A stretch of DNA of 64,000 nt from Negaprion brevirostris (GCA_030324005.1 JARDVH010000106.1:43607112-43671111); one strand, 5' to 3'. Positions 25,325 through 39,087 are shown, counted from the first letter of the stretch. Translations and numbers: made by a program. The notes: generated by a model not told the origin, from the letters alone.

Positions 25325-27420
25325 TACCATGAATGATGAATTAATAATACAAATAGAAGTGAATGAGCCTGATATGATGGTTATTTNNNNNNNNNNNNNN
25401 NNNNNNNNNNNNNNNNNNNNNNNNNNNNNNNNNNNNNNNNNNNNNNNNNNNNNNNNNNNNNNNNNNNNNNNNNNNNNNNNNNNNNNNNNNNNNNNNNNNN
25501 NNNNNNNNNNNNNNNNNNNNNNNNNNNNNNNNNNNNNNNNNNNNNNNNNNNNNNNNNNNNNNNNNNNNNNNNNNNNNNNNNNNNNNNNNNNNNNNNNNNN
25601 NNNNNNNNNNNNNNNNNNNNNNNNNNNNNNNNNNNNNNNNNNNNNNNNNNNNNNNNNNNNNNNNNNNNNNNNNNNNNNNNNNNNNNNNNNNNNNNNNNNN
25701 NNNNNNNNNNNNNNNNNNNNNNNNNNNNNNNNNNNNNNNNNNNNNNNNNNNNNNNNNNNNNNNNNNNNNNNNNNNNNNNNNNNNNNNNNNNNNNNNNNNN
25801 NNNNNNNNNNNNNNNNNNNNNNNNNNNNNNNNNNNNNNNNNNNNNNNNNNNNNNNNNNNNNNNNNNNNNNNNNNNNNNNNNNNNNNNNNNNNNNNNNNNN
25901 NNNNNNNNNNNNNNNNNNNNNNNNNNNNNNNNNNNNNNNNNNNNNNNNNNNNNNNNNNNNNNNNNNNNNNNNNNNNNNNNNNNNNNNNNNNNNNNNNNNN
26001 NNNNNNNNNNNNNNNNNNNNNNNNNNNNNNNNNNNNNNNNNNNNNNNNNNNNNNNNNNNNNNNNNNNNNNNNNNNNNNNNNNNNNNNNNNNNNNNNNNNN
26101 NNNNNNNNNNNNNNNNNNNNNNNNNNNNNNNNNNNNNNNNNNNNNNNNNNNNTCCAATCGTGGATTACTAAGGAATTTATGGATACTATCAAATCAAGTA
26201 CACAGACTAGCAGTAGGTCAGAAGGTTGGGCAAGTTTTAGAAACCAGTAAAGGAAAACAAAGGTGTTGGAGTATTAGAAAAATCTAGCAAGAAGTATAAA
26301 AAGAAATAGTAAAAGCTTCAAGCATATATGGGGAAAAAAAAGTGTAATGACATTGAGTGTTAGTCCCTTACAGGGTGAGACTGGGAACTAATAATAGGAA
26401 ACGAGGATATGGCAGAGATTTTGAACAAGTAATTAATTTATCTTCACAGTGGAAATCACAAAAAGCACCTCCAAGAATGGCAGAAAAGCAAGTGACAGAA
26501 GGTGGGAGGAGTACAAAATAATCTCGATCACTAGAAAAAAGTTAGAGGAGAACTAATGAGACTCGAGGCTGACAGCTCCCTAGACCTGTTGGCCTGCATC
26601 TTGAGGTCTTAATCGGAATGTGGCTGCAGGGATGATGGATGAAATTGTTGTAATCTTTTGGAAATTTTCTAGGTTCCAGAAAGGTCCCTGCAGGTTGGAA
26701 AGCACTAAATGTAATACCAAGAAGGGAGGAAGACAGGAACCAGGAGACTATAGGCCAGTTAGGCTAACATCTGTAATTATGGAAATGCTCAAACCTATTA
26801 CTAGGAAGACTAGCAGGACACTTAAAAGTACATGTTATAAGCAGGCAGAGTTAACACAGCTTTGTGAAAAGAAGTTGTGATAAATGTATTAGAGTTCTTT
26901 TGAGGAAGTTACAAGCAGGGTGGATAAAGAGGTACTAGAGGATGGATTTCCAGAAGGCAATTGGTAATGTGGCACATTAGGAACTCTTATCTTGTGCATT
27001 TTCAATGTTTGGGATAATAGGTTAGCATGGACAGAGGACAAAGGCGTTTGATAAGGTGCCGCACAAAAGGTTGTTCCAGAAGGTTAGGGGGCATGGAGTT
27101 GNNNNNNNNNNNNNNNNNNNNNNNNNNNNNNNNNNNNNNNNNNNNNNNNNNNNNNNNNNNNNNNNNNNNNNNNNNNNNNNNNNNNNNNNNNNNNNNNNNN
27201 NAACTGATCCACTTCAGATCAGCCATGATCTTATTGAATGGCGGGGCAGGCTCGAAGGGCTAGATGGCCTACTCCTGCAACAACTACTTATGTTCTTATT
27301 GGTTAATGGACAGGAAGCAGTGTGTAGATTTTCAAGTTATCAGGCTGTGACTAGTGGAGTTCTTCAAGGACCAGTGCTGGGGCCTAAGCTACTTAAATCT
27401 TTATTAGTGACTTGGATAAA
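25325..27420 (+). mobile_element. CR1 ORF2 remnants (endonuclease start to RT) spanning gaps
   Basis: NDELIIQIEVNEPDMMVI, KKGGRQEPGDYRPVRLTSVIMEMLK and AVTSGVLQGPVLGP. Confidence 0.8.
27040..27299 (+). mobile_element. Younger CR1 nested in the older CR1 (interior lost in gap)
   Basis: CpG-retaining KAFDKVPHKRL start and a complete tail ending ttatgttcttat interrupt the host sequence gagga|ttggttaatggacagg. Confidence 0.65.
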
Positions 27421-27959
27421 AAGACAGTCACTGGCCCGATCATCCAATGTCCAGGTGATCATAGATCAGACGTTTGTTGGAAAATGTGCTACAGTCCCTT
27501 TTGGAGGTCACGATGCAAGCACTCTTTTGGAAATTTTCTTGGGAAATTTGTACTTTGGGCAATTTCCCTGTTCTCTGTAAGCTTGTAGAAAAGTCTCCAA
27601 CTCTGAGTTAGACTTGGAGGTTTTGGACAATTCTGATTTAATTACCTGGCTAATTACCCAGGATATGTTGGAAAGGATCCCTCAACTGGTGTCTCAATAA
27701 CTCACTGATCCATGCCATTGTATGTTCTTACCCAGTTACCTCTTCTCTGTAGCTTTGAGAAAGCTTTGGAACATTTTATTTGCAGAATAAGGCAGCAAGT
27801 GCAGTGAAAGAGGGTGTGCCTTGTCTTATGCTCTGGTGTTACAAAGAAGCCCTTTGAGACACGCGTATTCTGCATTTTTGGAGAAACCAGGATCTGAAAA
27901 GCTGAAGCTTCAGTGTGGAGAACAAAAGTTGGAGCAGAATGGAAGTCTGACTCTGCCAC

Positions 27960-28740
27960 TCATCAGAAGATTCAGGTCAATGTATCCAGGTTTTCTGATG
28001 ATACAAAGATGGTGGAAATAGAAGCTGTGTACTCATTGGGGTATTTTAAAAGACTTCTGGATGAGTACATGGGATTTAATGGGATTGAGGGTTATAGGTA
28101 GGCCTAGTAGGTAGGGATATGATCAGTGCAATTTGTGGGCCGAAGGACCTGTTTGTGTTGTAGTTTTCTATGTTCTAAAAGCTGCAAAAAATTAGGTTAA
28201 GAGTGGGCTAAGTTTGCACATGGAGTGCATTGTACTAAGTGAGAGGTTGATAACATTGAACACTGTCTCAATGGGCCCTGTGGCCTTCGCCTGCTCCCAT
28301 TTCTTATCCTGTTCCAACAGTTTGTTTTCATTTCAGATTTTCAGCATCTGCAGTATTTGCTTTTCTGTTAATATTTAGAAGCCAATAAGGTTAATGTAGT
28401 AGAGGGTTTGAACAATTATAAATGAACTTCCTAGTAAATAGGTAGAAATATTTCCTCTGAGTATAAGTTAGTATTGAGAGGTTATTCATCTTAGAATTGT
28501 TAATGTAAGGGCGGTTAGGAGAAATTTGTTTGCACAGTGAACTTTTGGGAATGTGGAATGTCTTGCAACAAGGAATTGTTGAAGAGGAGACAATTCTTTC
28601 TTTTAAGGGAAATATGGACAAATATTTGAACCATATGCTGATATACAGCTTTGAGAAGAGTTTTAAATTGCTTTAGCACATAGCCAACACAGATATAATG
28701 GTCCAAATGGCAGCCATCTATCCTAAAGTATTTCTGGTAA
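27960..28740 (+). mobile_element. Cluster of short CR1 3' fragments plus a Penelope-like tail (28320-28368)
   Basis: SRFSDDTK, FKRLLDEYM, gggccgaaggacctgttt tail and ttcagattttcagcatctgcagtatttgc. Confidence 0.6.
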
Positions 28741-30427
28741 TCTCAATTAAATCATAACAGTACAAGTGCAGCTGGTGTCGAAAATAGCGTTTAATAAAGT
28801 ATTGACAAACAGCAAACTCAACCCATTCAATCCAAGCACCTTGGCCCCTTTTTTTCATGAAATTTTTTTCACATTTTCCCTGACCATCAATAAGTTAACA
28901 TTAATGCCACAGTTAGAATTAAACATGACCACCAGAGATTAGCATTTGGGTGTTTTAGTGCTGTGCATTGTCTGACCTGTAAGTAGTGTTAACACTGCCC
29001 ATCGACTGAACTGTGGGGTGTATTTCTGTGTATTGCTGGAACTCAGGAATCTTGCCTGCAGTGCTACTCAAGTTAATAACTATCTTAACAGAGCTAGAAG
29101 GCTACATTCCCAGCTAGCAGCCTAACTGATATTGACTGAAGCAGATTATATATTCCTGGCAGAATCTGGGTGATGGATGTTTAATTACACCTTCCACTTC
29201 CTTGAGTTGTCTGTATATCTGTGCACGAGAAGAACGACATTGCCCAGGGACACATTCTTTCTTTTTCAAATAGCCCTTAACATGGCAACTGTGGAAAGGC
29301 TATTTTATTTTCAAAATCAACAACACATCTTAGTTTGAGATAGCTTGAAGCATAGAGTTTCATGACCTTCTTGTGTCCTAATTTTTTTTCGTTGCTTCCA
29401 TACTGCCTTCTGATTAAAACATTCAACACAATAAGAGGAACTTTAACACCCTACATCAGGTCGGTTAGAGTTAGGTGGGAAATAAATTTAAAATATCTTT
29501 AAGTTCGGATCTGCCACCATCTGCCCCTCCCCCACACCACTGCCCCAATTTTCATATGAGCCAATCCTGCCCTGCCCATGATCTCTGCCCCACAAACTGT
29601 CTAAATCCCTGAAATCAGGCCAAAACATTTTGCAAATAGCCCCCTTGTAATCCTTGTCTTCAAGTGCAGGAAATCCATTTGTTCCTGGGAGGCAGTCTCT
29701 ACTGCAGTGTTCCCAACCCAGGCAATCAGGAAATAACGGTGAGAAAAACTATTCATGCTGTGGAGTTAAAATTCAACAGCATGACCAGAACTGTTCCCTG
29801 CTTTTCAAAAAAAAAAATTGGGGCTAATGTTTCACTGTTGAAGGGACTGCGCCACAATTTTAGGTCATATTTCAGTCCAATATTATGCTCTTCAGCCTCA
29901 ATGTGGGAGTGGGGATGGGAGGGCAGTTTGAGTCTCCAATTGGGCCTGCCTAAGGTAATAATCTACACATCCGATTGGACATGCTGTGGACGTCTGCCTT
30001 TTCCATGGCACATGCCCGAAAAAGAGCACCCATTCAGGACACTTTAGTCCCACCAATCCCATCAGTGCTGAAGGTCTCAAACGCTTTGTCAAAAATATTC
30101 TGATTTAATTTGCTTTTTTTTGTTCTGTTTATTATTTGGATGTTGTTGCTCCCTACTGAAAAGGGGGCACTTGTTAAATTATTTTTGATTTGGGTTGATG
30201 ACATTTAGCCAGCCTGACTTGACAATTAAGACTTGTAGACACAATGCATGGGCTTTTGGGAAAACATTCCCTTTCAGGAAAACGGTCACCAACAAAAATA
30301 TATTTAAACTAACCATAAATAGAGTAGATTTACAAGCCATGTGCATTAAAATACAGATCTGGGCTGTATGATATAAAGAGATAACATCTATATAAATAAC
30401 TTGACGGCCAAATGGCTGGTATTTAGT

Positions 30428-30582
30428 GTTACCTTGGTAACAAAGCCTATGAATATGTCAGCAACACCTCATGGCAGATGTTTCTACTGTATCTTTAAGA
30501 TTAAATTTGAAAACTAAATGAAGCACCCAGTCTCTAGCGACTCCTTAGCTGCCAACCAATGGTGTTGTATCACCATGGCAAC
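30428..30582. promoter_or_regulatory. Pair of RFX X-box-like motifs (candidate intronic enhancer)
   Basis: GTTACCTTGGTAAC at 30428-30441 and ATCACCATGGCAAC at 30569-30582, in sequence with no recognisable TE. Confidence 0.45.
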
Positions 30583-31519
30583 TGCACTGTCTAGCCAGTA
30601 TGAGACATAGACTGCAATTAAACTACAGTTTCATTCCCTTGCTGCCTTGCTTTCTGATTTATTGCTAAGATGTGCAGTATAATGGTGTTTCCAGACAGGG
30701 ATTATAGAGTACTTCATTTCAATTCACAAATTACACCTCCGGGTTTCCCCAAAATCAAACTAGTTTCTGGAAATAAACTCAGGAATTCTTTCATGCTATT
30801 TGAAAGTACATTCCAAAGATGAGATTAAATGCTGTTGACTTAAAATAATGTTTTGCAGTCAGTCGCACATTTCTTACTGGGTATGGTAGGATGATAACAG
30901 CATTTATCAAACTCCCATTTCCTGATGTAATTAGCTTGCAGTCTGATTAATGGCATGATCTTTAAGATTTGAATTTAATACTGCTAAATCATCAACTTCA
31001 CCTTCGTTTTTTAACTGACTGTCATTTCCAATGTGATCACAATGGATTGTTTGGTCCTTAAAGTCTTAGGATCACAAAGGTTCAATAAAAATAGATGGTA
31101 TTTAATAAGAAATCAATTTTAATCCCAAAATACTGTCAAGAAGACCATGTTTAATTGGAAGAAAACACAATCAAGTGACCTATTTAGATCAATAATAATT
31201 ACTGAAGATTAAGATGGGCTTCATGGTGTCACTTGGATGGGTTACTCCTCTCCAGCTCATGCATCTTGACTCACCCATAAACTCTAACTCTTGCCTAATC
31301 TCTAAACCGTCTTGTTTAAATCCTCAAATATGGCAGCCTCACAGCTCCCAAAGGTAATCTTGCGTATAACACCAAGACCAACCAGATCAGAGTCATCAAT
31401 GATATCCTCTGGGTATGGCCAAGCCGCTTGGTTCCTCCCAACCTATCTTGCGGTATTCAATATGATTAATCAAGCAGTCTGTGTGCTCCAACTCAGATTG
31501 GGAAGAAAAAAAGAGTGGA

Positions 31520-33390
31520 TAAGGTAGATCTATTAGTTAAAGATAATACAATGGCAGTTAAAGAAAAGCATGTAATTGACATTAAGATACAAACCACATG
31601 CAATGAGATCAAGGATAAAAAGGGTTGATTAGGTTAATAGGGTTAATTTACAAACCACTCAGTAGTGGATATAAATTAGAATAAACAAGAGAAATCTATG
31701 AGATGAATAAAAGTGATAAGTGTGGGAGATTTCAACTACCTCAAATTAACTGGCAAGACAAAGGGAAAATGGTGGTATCTTCAGAATATATTTTAGGATG
31801 TTATCTTTACCTAGAATGTCAGAAGCCCAAGAAGAGAGGAATCAATGCTGTGTCTGGTAACAGAGCAGTGAAAGCTAGCAAATGCACTATTGCAGGTTTT
31901 TAAAACAACTAATTATAAAAGAGAATTGTGCCCGAGGACTGGCAGACAACTAATGTTAATCCTAAATTTAAAAAGGGAAATAGAACAAGTCAGTGCTTGA
32001 AAAGTAAGTGGAATCTTTGCTCAAAGATGATATTGAAAAGCTTTAGAAATCAAAAATAAAATAAAACCAGGTGGCATGATTTCTAAAGGGAGTGCAAGAT
32101 TTGATGAACACTACTGAATTCTTTGAAGGAGTAACAGTTGTAGTGGACAATAGTAAGTATAATATATTTGGATTTTTGAAAACTTTTTGATAAGGTATCA
32201 CATTTGTCAAATTGCCTAAATTGGAATCAGGGGACTGGAAGCAAAATGGATAACAATCTGTATTGTAACAAAACAGAAAACCAGTGCAAGGATAAGAGGA
32301 AAACGAAAAATGCTGGAAAATCTCAGCAGTCTGACAGCATCCATGGAGTGAGAATAGAGCCAACGTTTTAAATCAGGATGAGCTTTGTGGTCTGACAAAG
32401 GGTCAGCATTTTCTGTTTTTCTGTTTTCCTGTTTCAGATTCCAGCATCCACAGTATTTTGTCTTTTATCATGGGGATGAAAAGTATTTAATCTGGCTAGT
32501 AAAAAGTGAGAAGTAGTGTTCCAGGGATTGGTGTTTGGACAACTGTTCATAATTTAAATTAATGATTTCAACCCAAAAATTAGGAAGTGATTTCAAAATT
32601 TTTAGACGACACTGAATTGGGAGATATAGTTAATACAATGCAGTAATGCATAGAGGAAGAAATCAACCAACTCAGTAGGACATAATTGGCAAATTAATTT
32701 CAATACAGATAAGTGTAAGGTAATGCATTTTGATGGGAAAAATAAGGTAATTTAGAAGTTGGATAATAATCGTCTGAATGCAGCAGAGGAGCAAAGAGAT
32801 CGTGGGGGTACAGCTAAATAAATCTTGAAATGTAGCAACCCAAGTTAATAAGTCCATCAAAAAAAGTAAGCCAAGCACTTGATTCCTTTGTAATGGGATA
32901 GAACTATAAAGCAGAGAAGCTGTGTTAAGCATATTGAAATTTGGTTAGAATACATTTAGAGTATTGCGCATAATTCTGGTGCCCCATATTATACAAAAGA
33001 TTCAGAGGCACTTGGTGCAAAAATGATTTATAGGGATGATGCCAGAAATCAGAAGATCTACTTTTTAAAATTTGTTTAAGAGGATGTTTCCCTAGAAAAG
33101 AGAAGACTGAGTGATGACCTAAGAGGTATTGAAGGCAACGGAAGGGTTACTAGGATAAANNNNNNNNNNNNNNNNNNNNNNNNNNNNNNNNNNNNNNNNN
33201 NNNNNNNNNNNNNNNNNNNNNNNNNNNNNNNNNNNNNNNNNNNNNNNNNNNNNNNNNNNNNNNNNNNNNNNNNNNNNNNNNNNNNNNNNNNNNNNNNNNN
33301 NNNNCAGGTTAAAATGGGTGAAAGGGGACGTGTATGAAGTAAATGTGCCAGTGTGGACCAAGTGAGATGAGTGGCTGGTTTGTATGCCCT
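31520..33390 (+). mobile_element. Old, internally deleted CR1 LINE
   Basis: GDFNYPQINW-like stretch (gggagatttcaactacctcaaattaactgg), VPEDWQTTNVNPKFKKG, SVPGIGVW and FNTDKCKVMHF. Confidence 0.75.
32300..32469. mobile_element. Partly deleted palindromic Penelope-like mini-element (family A) nested in CR1
   Basis: The left arm matches 15632-15733. The right arm starts tctgacaaagggtca and jumps directly to the tail. Confidence 0.7.
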
Positions 33391-33399
33391 CCCTGGGTG

Positions 33400-33496
33400 C
33401 CCTCTGATGCAGGTCATCCAGATTAGAACTGTTAGCTCTATTATCTCTCAAAAGGTATTGTCAGACCTGCTGAGATTTTCCAGCATTTTTGCTTTG
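33400..33496 (+). mobile_element. Penelope-like family A fragment
   Basis: ctgatgcaggtcatccagattagaactgttagctc...gtcagacctgctgagattttccagcatt. Confidence 0.6.
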
Positions 33497-34459
33497 GGCT
33501 GATTTCTGTGCTGTACACTTAATGGCACCTTACTTCTGTAGTCAAACCTAGTATATTGTTGTTGTATGATTCCAATCCCAAACTATCAATGCATTTCTGG
33601 CAATTCTTGCTTCTGCTGGAGGATCAACATTTGGAACTCCTCAAAGATCTATCCTTGACACTCCCTTCCTCATTTATGCACTTCCCCTTTGTTCCAATAC
33701 CTGTAGGCATTGGCTTAGTTGCTACAGCTGATGCTATCCAACTCTTTCTTTTATCGCAATCGTTTCCATGACCACCTGTCTGATATTAGATTGTGAGTGA
33801 ACCAATATTCACTGGATCAAATAGGCTCTTGTGTTTTGTCTCTGCTCAAATTTCTGCACCATTTTGCCATCAATTCCACCCCCTCCAAGTCTGTTCTCTC
33901 AAAATGAACAAGACTATATTCAGTCTTGGTCTATTTGTTGTTCAACATAGAAATAACCTTCAGAACTTGTGTTCTATTTGGTATGATGATAAATTATTTC
34001 CTTATTTGCATTACGTCTTGCCTCCCCTCCTACCATTCATCCACTAACCTCCTGCATTCCCAACATCCACATATTTCAAATCTCTTAAAACATAGCCATC
34101 TACATCTACCACACAGTAAGTCTCTCAAACCCATTTTCCATATGCTTGATAACTACATTAAATTCAATCCACCAAGAAACTAAAATTCTGGGCCTCAACT
34201 AAAGATTCCTTGGCCATGATGTTATGGGCATTTACGCAGGTGGGATTTTTCCATCCTGCTGCAGTAAACGGAGACTTGGCTGGGTGTCAAATTCTCTGAC
34301 TTCACTGCAGCGGGAGCCTGGAGTGAATGGCTAGTAAAATGATACTCCTCCAGGATATTACTGTATGTATTTGAAATATTTTCTAACCATATGTCCACTT
34401 TTGTGCTCTCCAGTTCTCTGGCCTACACTTTCTATAAATTGGCACCCTCTGTTTTGAAA

Positions 34460-36080
34460 TATAGGGACATAGGCTTAGGAGCAGGAGTAGGCCATTTTGC
34501 TCCTCGAGTCTGCCCCACCATTCAACTAGATCATGCCTGGTTTTCTACACAAAATTCACTTTTCTGCATTATCCCCATCTCCCTTGGTGTCTTTATCATT
34601 TAAAATCTATCAATCATTGTCTTGAATATACTTGATAACTGAGCCTCTACAGTCGTCTGGGGTATAGAATTCCAAAGATTCACAGCCCTCTGAGCAAATC
34701 AATTCTTTCTCAGCTTAGTCTGAAATGGATTGCCCCTTTATTCTGAGCCTTGGTGATAGATCCCCAAGCATGGGCAAAAATATTTCCTTCTGCTCTGTCG
34801 AATCCTGTAAGAACTTGTGTTTCAACGAGATCACTTCTCATTCTTCGGAATCCGAAAGAATAGAACCCTCCTCAATCTTTCATCATTGAACAATCCAGGA
34901 GTTAGCCTGGTGAACCTTCACCATAATCCCTCTATGGCAAGTAAATCCTTGGATAATGAGACCAAAATTGTACACTATATTCCAGTTGTGGTCTCAACAA
35001 GACTCTATACAATTGCAGCAAGACATCTTTACTCCTGTATTCATATCCTCTTGCAATAAATGTCAACATAGCATTTGCCTACCTAATGCGCTTTCTTCAC
35101 CTGCATATTAGCTTTCGATGACCCATGAACAATTATACTGAGGTCCTCCTGGACATCGAGACTGCCCCAATTTCCAACATTTAAGAAATATTTTGTGGGC
35201 CCAATTCTACCCAAAGTGCTAAATTGGTGAGAAAACTGGTGTTAATAATGACTTTGTTTGTTTGTTTTTCAGTGCAACTTCAGACCCGAATCTCCCCACT
35301 CTGAGCTTTTAATGATATTCACAATTGTGACCTATGCATTGCACAGAGGTGGAACTTATTCAGACCAGAGTTTGACAATTCTGGGCCTCTGCAGCAGCCC
35401 TGACCTGTCAGATCACAGTTTGCTGTCCAACTCAATCAGGAATTGCATGTGACCGCCCCCCACACCTTCTCCACTCTGACATATCGGCGACAGTGTTATG
35501 CTGCCGGCCACTCCAGTAGAAGTAGGCCCCGCCCACGGTGTTTTAATGAGATTCACGCTAGTGTACTGCAGGGAACAGAATAGGAGAAAACAAAACAGGA
35601 TTTACTCCAGTTTTTATGAATTCAGCATTTAGAATTTTTTTTGGGAGAATCCCACCCATTGCATTTGGTCCTCGCACCCAAACCATTAACGCAGATTATG
35701 AATAGCAGGAGCCCAAGCACTGATTTTTTTTTTTTGGTGGCACCCCATTAGTCACACCTACCAAGCTGAGAATGAACCATTTATTCCAACTCTGTTTTCT
35801 ATTGTTCAATCTATGCCAGTATATTCCCTCCATTTCATATGCACTAATTTTGTTTATTAACCTCTTGTGTGGGACATTATGGAAACCATATCCACTGGTT
35901 TCCCTCTTACTTATTCTGCTAATTGCATCCTCAAAAAAAAACTCCCAGCAGGTTTGTCAAACTTGATTTCATAAATCCATGTTTACTCTATCCAATCCTG
36001 CCATTATTTCCAAGTATCCAGTTATCACATCCTTCATAAACAGATCCTGGCACTTTCTCTATTCCTGATGCCAGGATGGT
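34460..36080 (-). mobile_element. CR1 LINE 3' portion interrupted by a MITE
   Basis: The tail taggagcaggagtaggccatt starts at about 34476. CR1 body motifs (gaattccaaagattcac, gagaccaaaattgtacac, ccatatccactggtttccc) occur on both sides of the MITE. Confidence 0.8.
35196..35657. mobile_element. MITE with about 50-bp imperfect TIRs and a 3-bp TSD (PIF/Harbinger-like)
   Basis: The left end tgggcccaattctacccaaagtgctaaattggtgagaaaactggtgttaat aligns with the reverse complement of the right end, tgggtggattctcccaaa...tgctgaattcataaaaactggagtaaat. TTG lies at 35193-35195 and 35658-35660. Confidence 0.7.
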
Positions 36081-38778
36081 AAGTCTTTCACCATTTTTGG
36101 CACATCACTTTAGAATGCCTCCACTAAACTTGTTTTTCTTCCTCCCCACCTTTTTAATAGTCTTGTCAAAAGACAGGACTTCAATTTACTGTTTGGTTAT
36201 CTCTCCATTCTGCTCAGTAGCTGCTCCTCCCCTATGAAATGTGATGGGACCTTTTTTCATGTTAAAGTCATTAGCTAGGAACTAGCTGGGAAACCATTTG
36301 TCTCCTTTTTAGGATTGTGAATATGTATTTAAATAAAACCACAGTACTCCAAGTAAAATAATTTATTTCTTCCATTGAATACACCTTCTGGGAAATATAT
36401 TTATATGATTGACAGACCTCAAGTTGTGCATCCAGTGAGGATAAGTGATGTGAATGGGGTACGCTTTTGAGCAAAAAGAATTAAATTGGGGTCCCAAGCT
36501 GTGGTAACTGAGTGAGTAATTTTTACTCTCCTATTAAGTAATACATGTGCAGAATATGAATGATTTGGCACTGGTCCTAGATTCTGCTTCATTCCCATTT
36601 GACCTGACAACTGACATGGGTTTCAGAGACTGCAAAATTCAATCATTTATCATATATAAAATGTTAGAGGTATTCAGTCTAATTTTAATGGAAAAGGCAC
36701 GTTTAATTAACACTTAAATCATTCTGTTGTTATATTTTTTATAAAGTTAGTGTTCATTGAAATGAAGGACACTGTGGAATCAGCTTTTCTTTAAAGCTCT
36801 GGTTGTCATCAAACACTTCCAGATGCAGCGTAGTGAGTCAAAAGTAGTGTGAAAACTACATTGACACCAGGCAATCTCAGAAAGACACTCCTACACCACT
36901 AGTAAGATAATTACATGTCCCACACAAACCTGATTGTCTCCCTGAGTGAAATTGGCAATTAGTGATAAATGATTGGCAGTTTTGTATTTTGGATGTATGC
37001 ATATGAGAAGGTAAGTTGAGACTACCCAAACTCATTTTGCTCAAGTTATTGCTGACAGGAGAAGAGAATTTCATCCCATCAGGCTTGGTTAGATTAAAAC
37101 TCTTACTCTCAGGATCACTAGAAAGGTGCTATGACCAACAGGACCACTCAATCCCATTACCACTGTAAATGCTTTAGTCCACTAATTTCACATCAACTAT
37201 GTGAACAAGGTATGTTTGTGAATTCTGTGCTAGCACTGTTAGGACCCTAAAGCATGGGTCCAACACAGTTAGCTGCAAACCAAATGTAAAAGTCACTGCA
37301 ACCACCAGTCAGGAGCAAGATGCTTTTATTATCTGTTTGCTGATATATGTAGGGAAGTGGTTCCACAAGGCTGGTAATAGGACCACGGCTGCACAGAGCA
37401 CATCAGACAGTAGCTTCATGGCAAATTGGGCATAGAAGCCTAACGTCTTCAGCAATGCTGGAAGCATTCATCATGCTTCAATGAAGGCAGTAAACTCAGA
37501 CATCTGAAAATCTGCACACCAGTTATACACAAGGTTCATTAGGCACTCAGTTGCCTCTGACTAGCTGCTAGGACCCAACATGATGCCTTGGTTTATAAAA
37601 TGTATGCTCGGGAATTTCCCAATCAGTGATTTTTTTAATGATTATGAATGTATTTTCATCTCAAAAAACCTAGACATGCAAGACAGCTGAATTAAAACAA
37701 AGTGACAGAACTGCTGAAGTTTACTGAATTACCAGCTATATCTATATAAATATTTACTGCACAATAATCTTGCCCTTTAGAGAAAAGGGGATGTGCAAGG
37801 GCCGTGGATCCCAAAGGGAGGTAACTCAGCTCAGGTAATCTCTAACCCACGCTATTTTATCATGTTGACTGAATAATCCAAATTTTTCAAATCTTGCTGT
37901 GAAATTTGCACCAAAATAACCTGGACTGATTAGATATTAACTGATGTGGGAAGATGTTTCTGCATGGGCTGCTTTACTTTGTTTTAACTTGCCTTTGGCA
38001 TGTGGGAGATCTTTCAAAAATAGGTGTGGTCCAATTCAATACAATCCATTCAGATTGCCTTTGGAGTGACCTAAAAGGCAGGGAATTCTCTCAGACAAAT
38101 AGACATCATGGAGAAATAAGACATTTTTAGGGAAGGTTCTTTATTGTTTCATTTTGATAACATTTACATATTCTGCTGTTTATTTAAAGTACAAACTAGT
38201 TTGATTACCTTAACCCTCCATAATAGGAATTCCATCGTTTAATATTAGGATTGCACTCTATTGGTACCAAATAGATCAATTACCATTATTGATCAATTGT
38301 TGATCAAATAATCAATTGTATGCAAACTGCATGTTCTACTTCTACCATACATAAACTGTTGCATTCACAAAGGAGATTCTAGTGGTAATTTCCAGACCAA
38401 ACATGAATAGCAAATGGAGATCTTAAAAAAAAATTGTAAGTAATGTAAATTGGCATTACAAGAAAAATAAAGCAATAAATTAGATTATAATTTTACTAGA
38501 CTACAGTTTCTGGACAACAGTGAATGTAAAAAGACCTTTTGATAAAAGGCAATATTCTGATATCGTATCTTATTGTGTAATTATATTGTTGGCATAGAAC
38601 ACCAGTAAGATTTTGAATCATTGTGAATGGCTACTGTAGAAAGAACCATGAGTGTGAATTTTACAGTTCCAGGTACAAAGTGTCATTTGACAGGAAAGAT
38701 AAGAGTCAAACATGAGCAGTAAGTCAGATTGAAGATGCTCTAGACTTTCCAGCCATGAAAATTAATCCTGAGAGATTG

Positions 38779-39087
38779 GCAGCACAGTGGTGAGCACAGC
38801 TGTCTTATAGCACCAGGGTCCTGGGTTCAATTCCAGCCTCGGGTGACTGCCTGTGTAGAATTTGCACATTCCTTCCTTGTCTGCATGGGTTTCCTCTGGG
38901 TGCTCCAGTTTCCTCCCACAGTCCAAAGCTGTGTAGTTTGGGTTGATTGGCCATGTTAAAATGTTCCCAAGTGTCAGAGAGATTAGCAGAATAAATACGA
39001 GGAGTTGGAGATAAAGCCTGGGTGAGATTATTGCCGGTGCAGGCTCAATGGGCCAAATGGCTCCCTTCTGCATTGTAGGGATTCTGA
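38779..39087 (+). mobile_element. V-SINE (HE1-like)
   Basis: ggcagcacagtggtgagcac head, V-domain and tail ctcccttctgcattgtagggattct. Confidence 0.9.

Noticed and set aside
25311-26192. Long ORFs in the track
   Set aside because: They are artefacts of translating N runs; the same applies at 1714, 11427, 33076, 48135 and 56795.
32288-32484. TSD around the 32300 element
   Set aside because: The flanks (ggataagagg versus ggatgaaaag) are too divergent to claim.
38779-38850. tRNA-like A/B boxes
   Set aside because: These are heads of SINEs, not tRNA genes; they are followed by a V-domain and a LINE tail.
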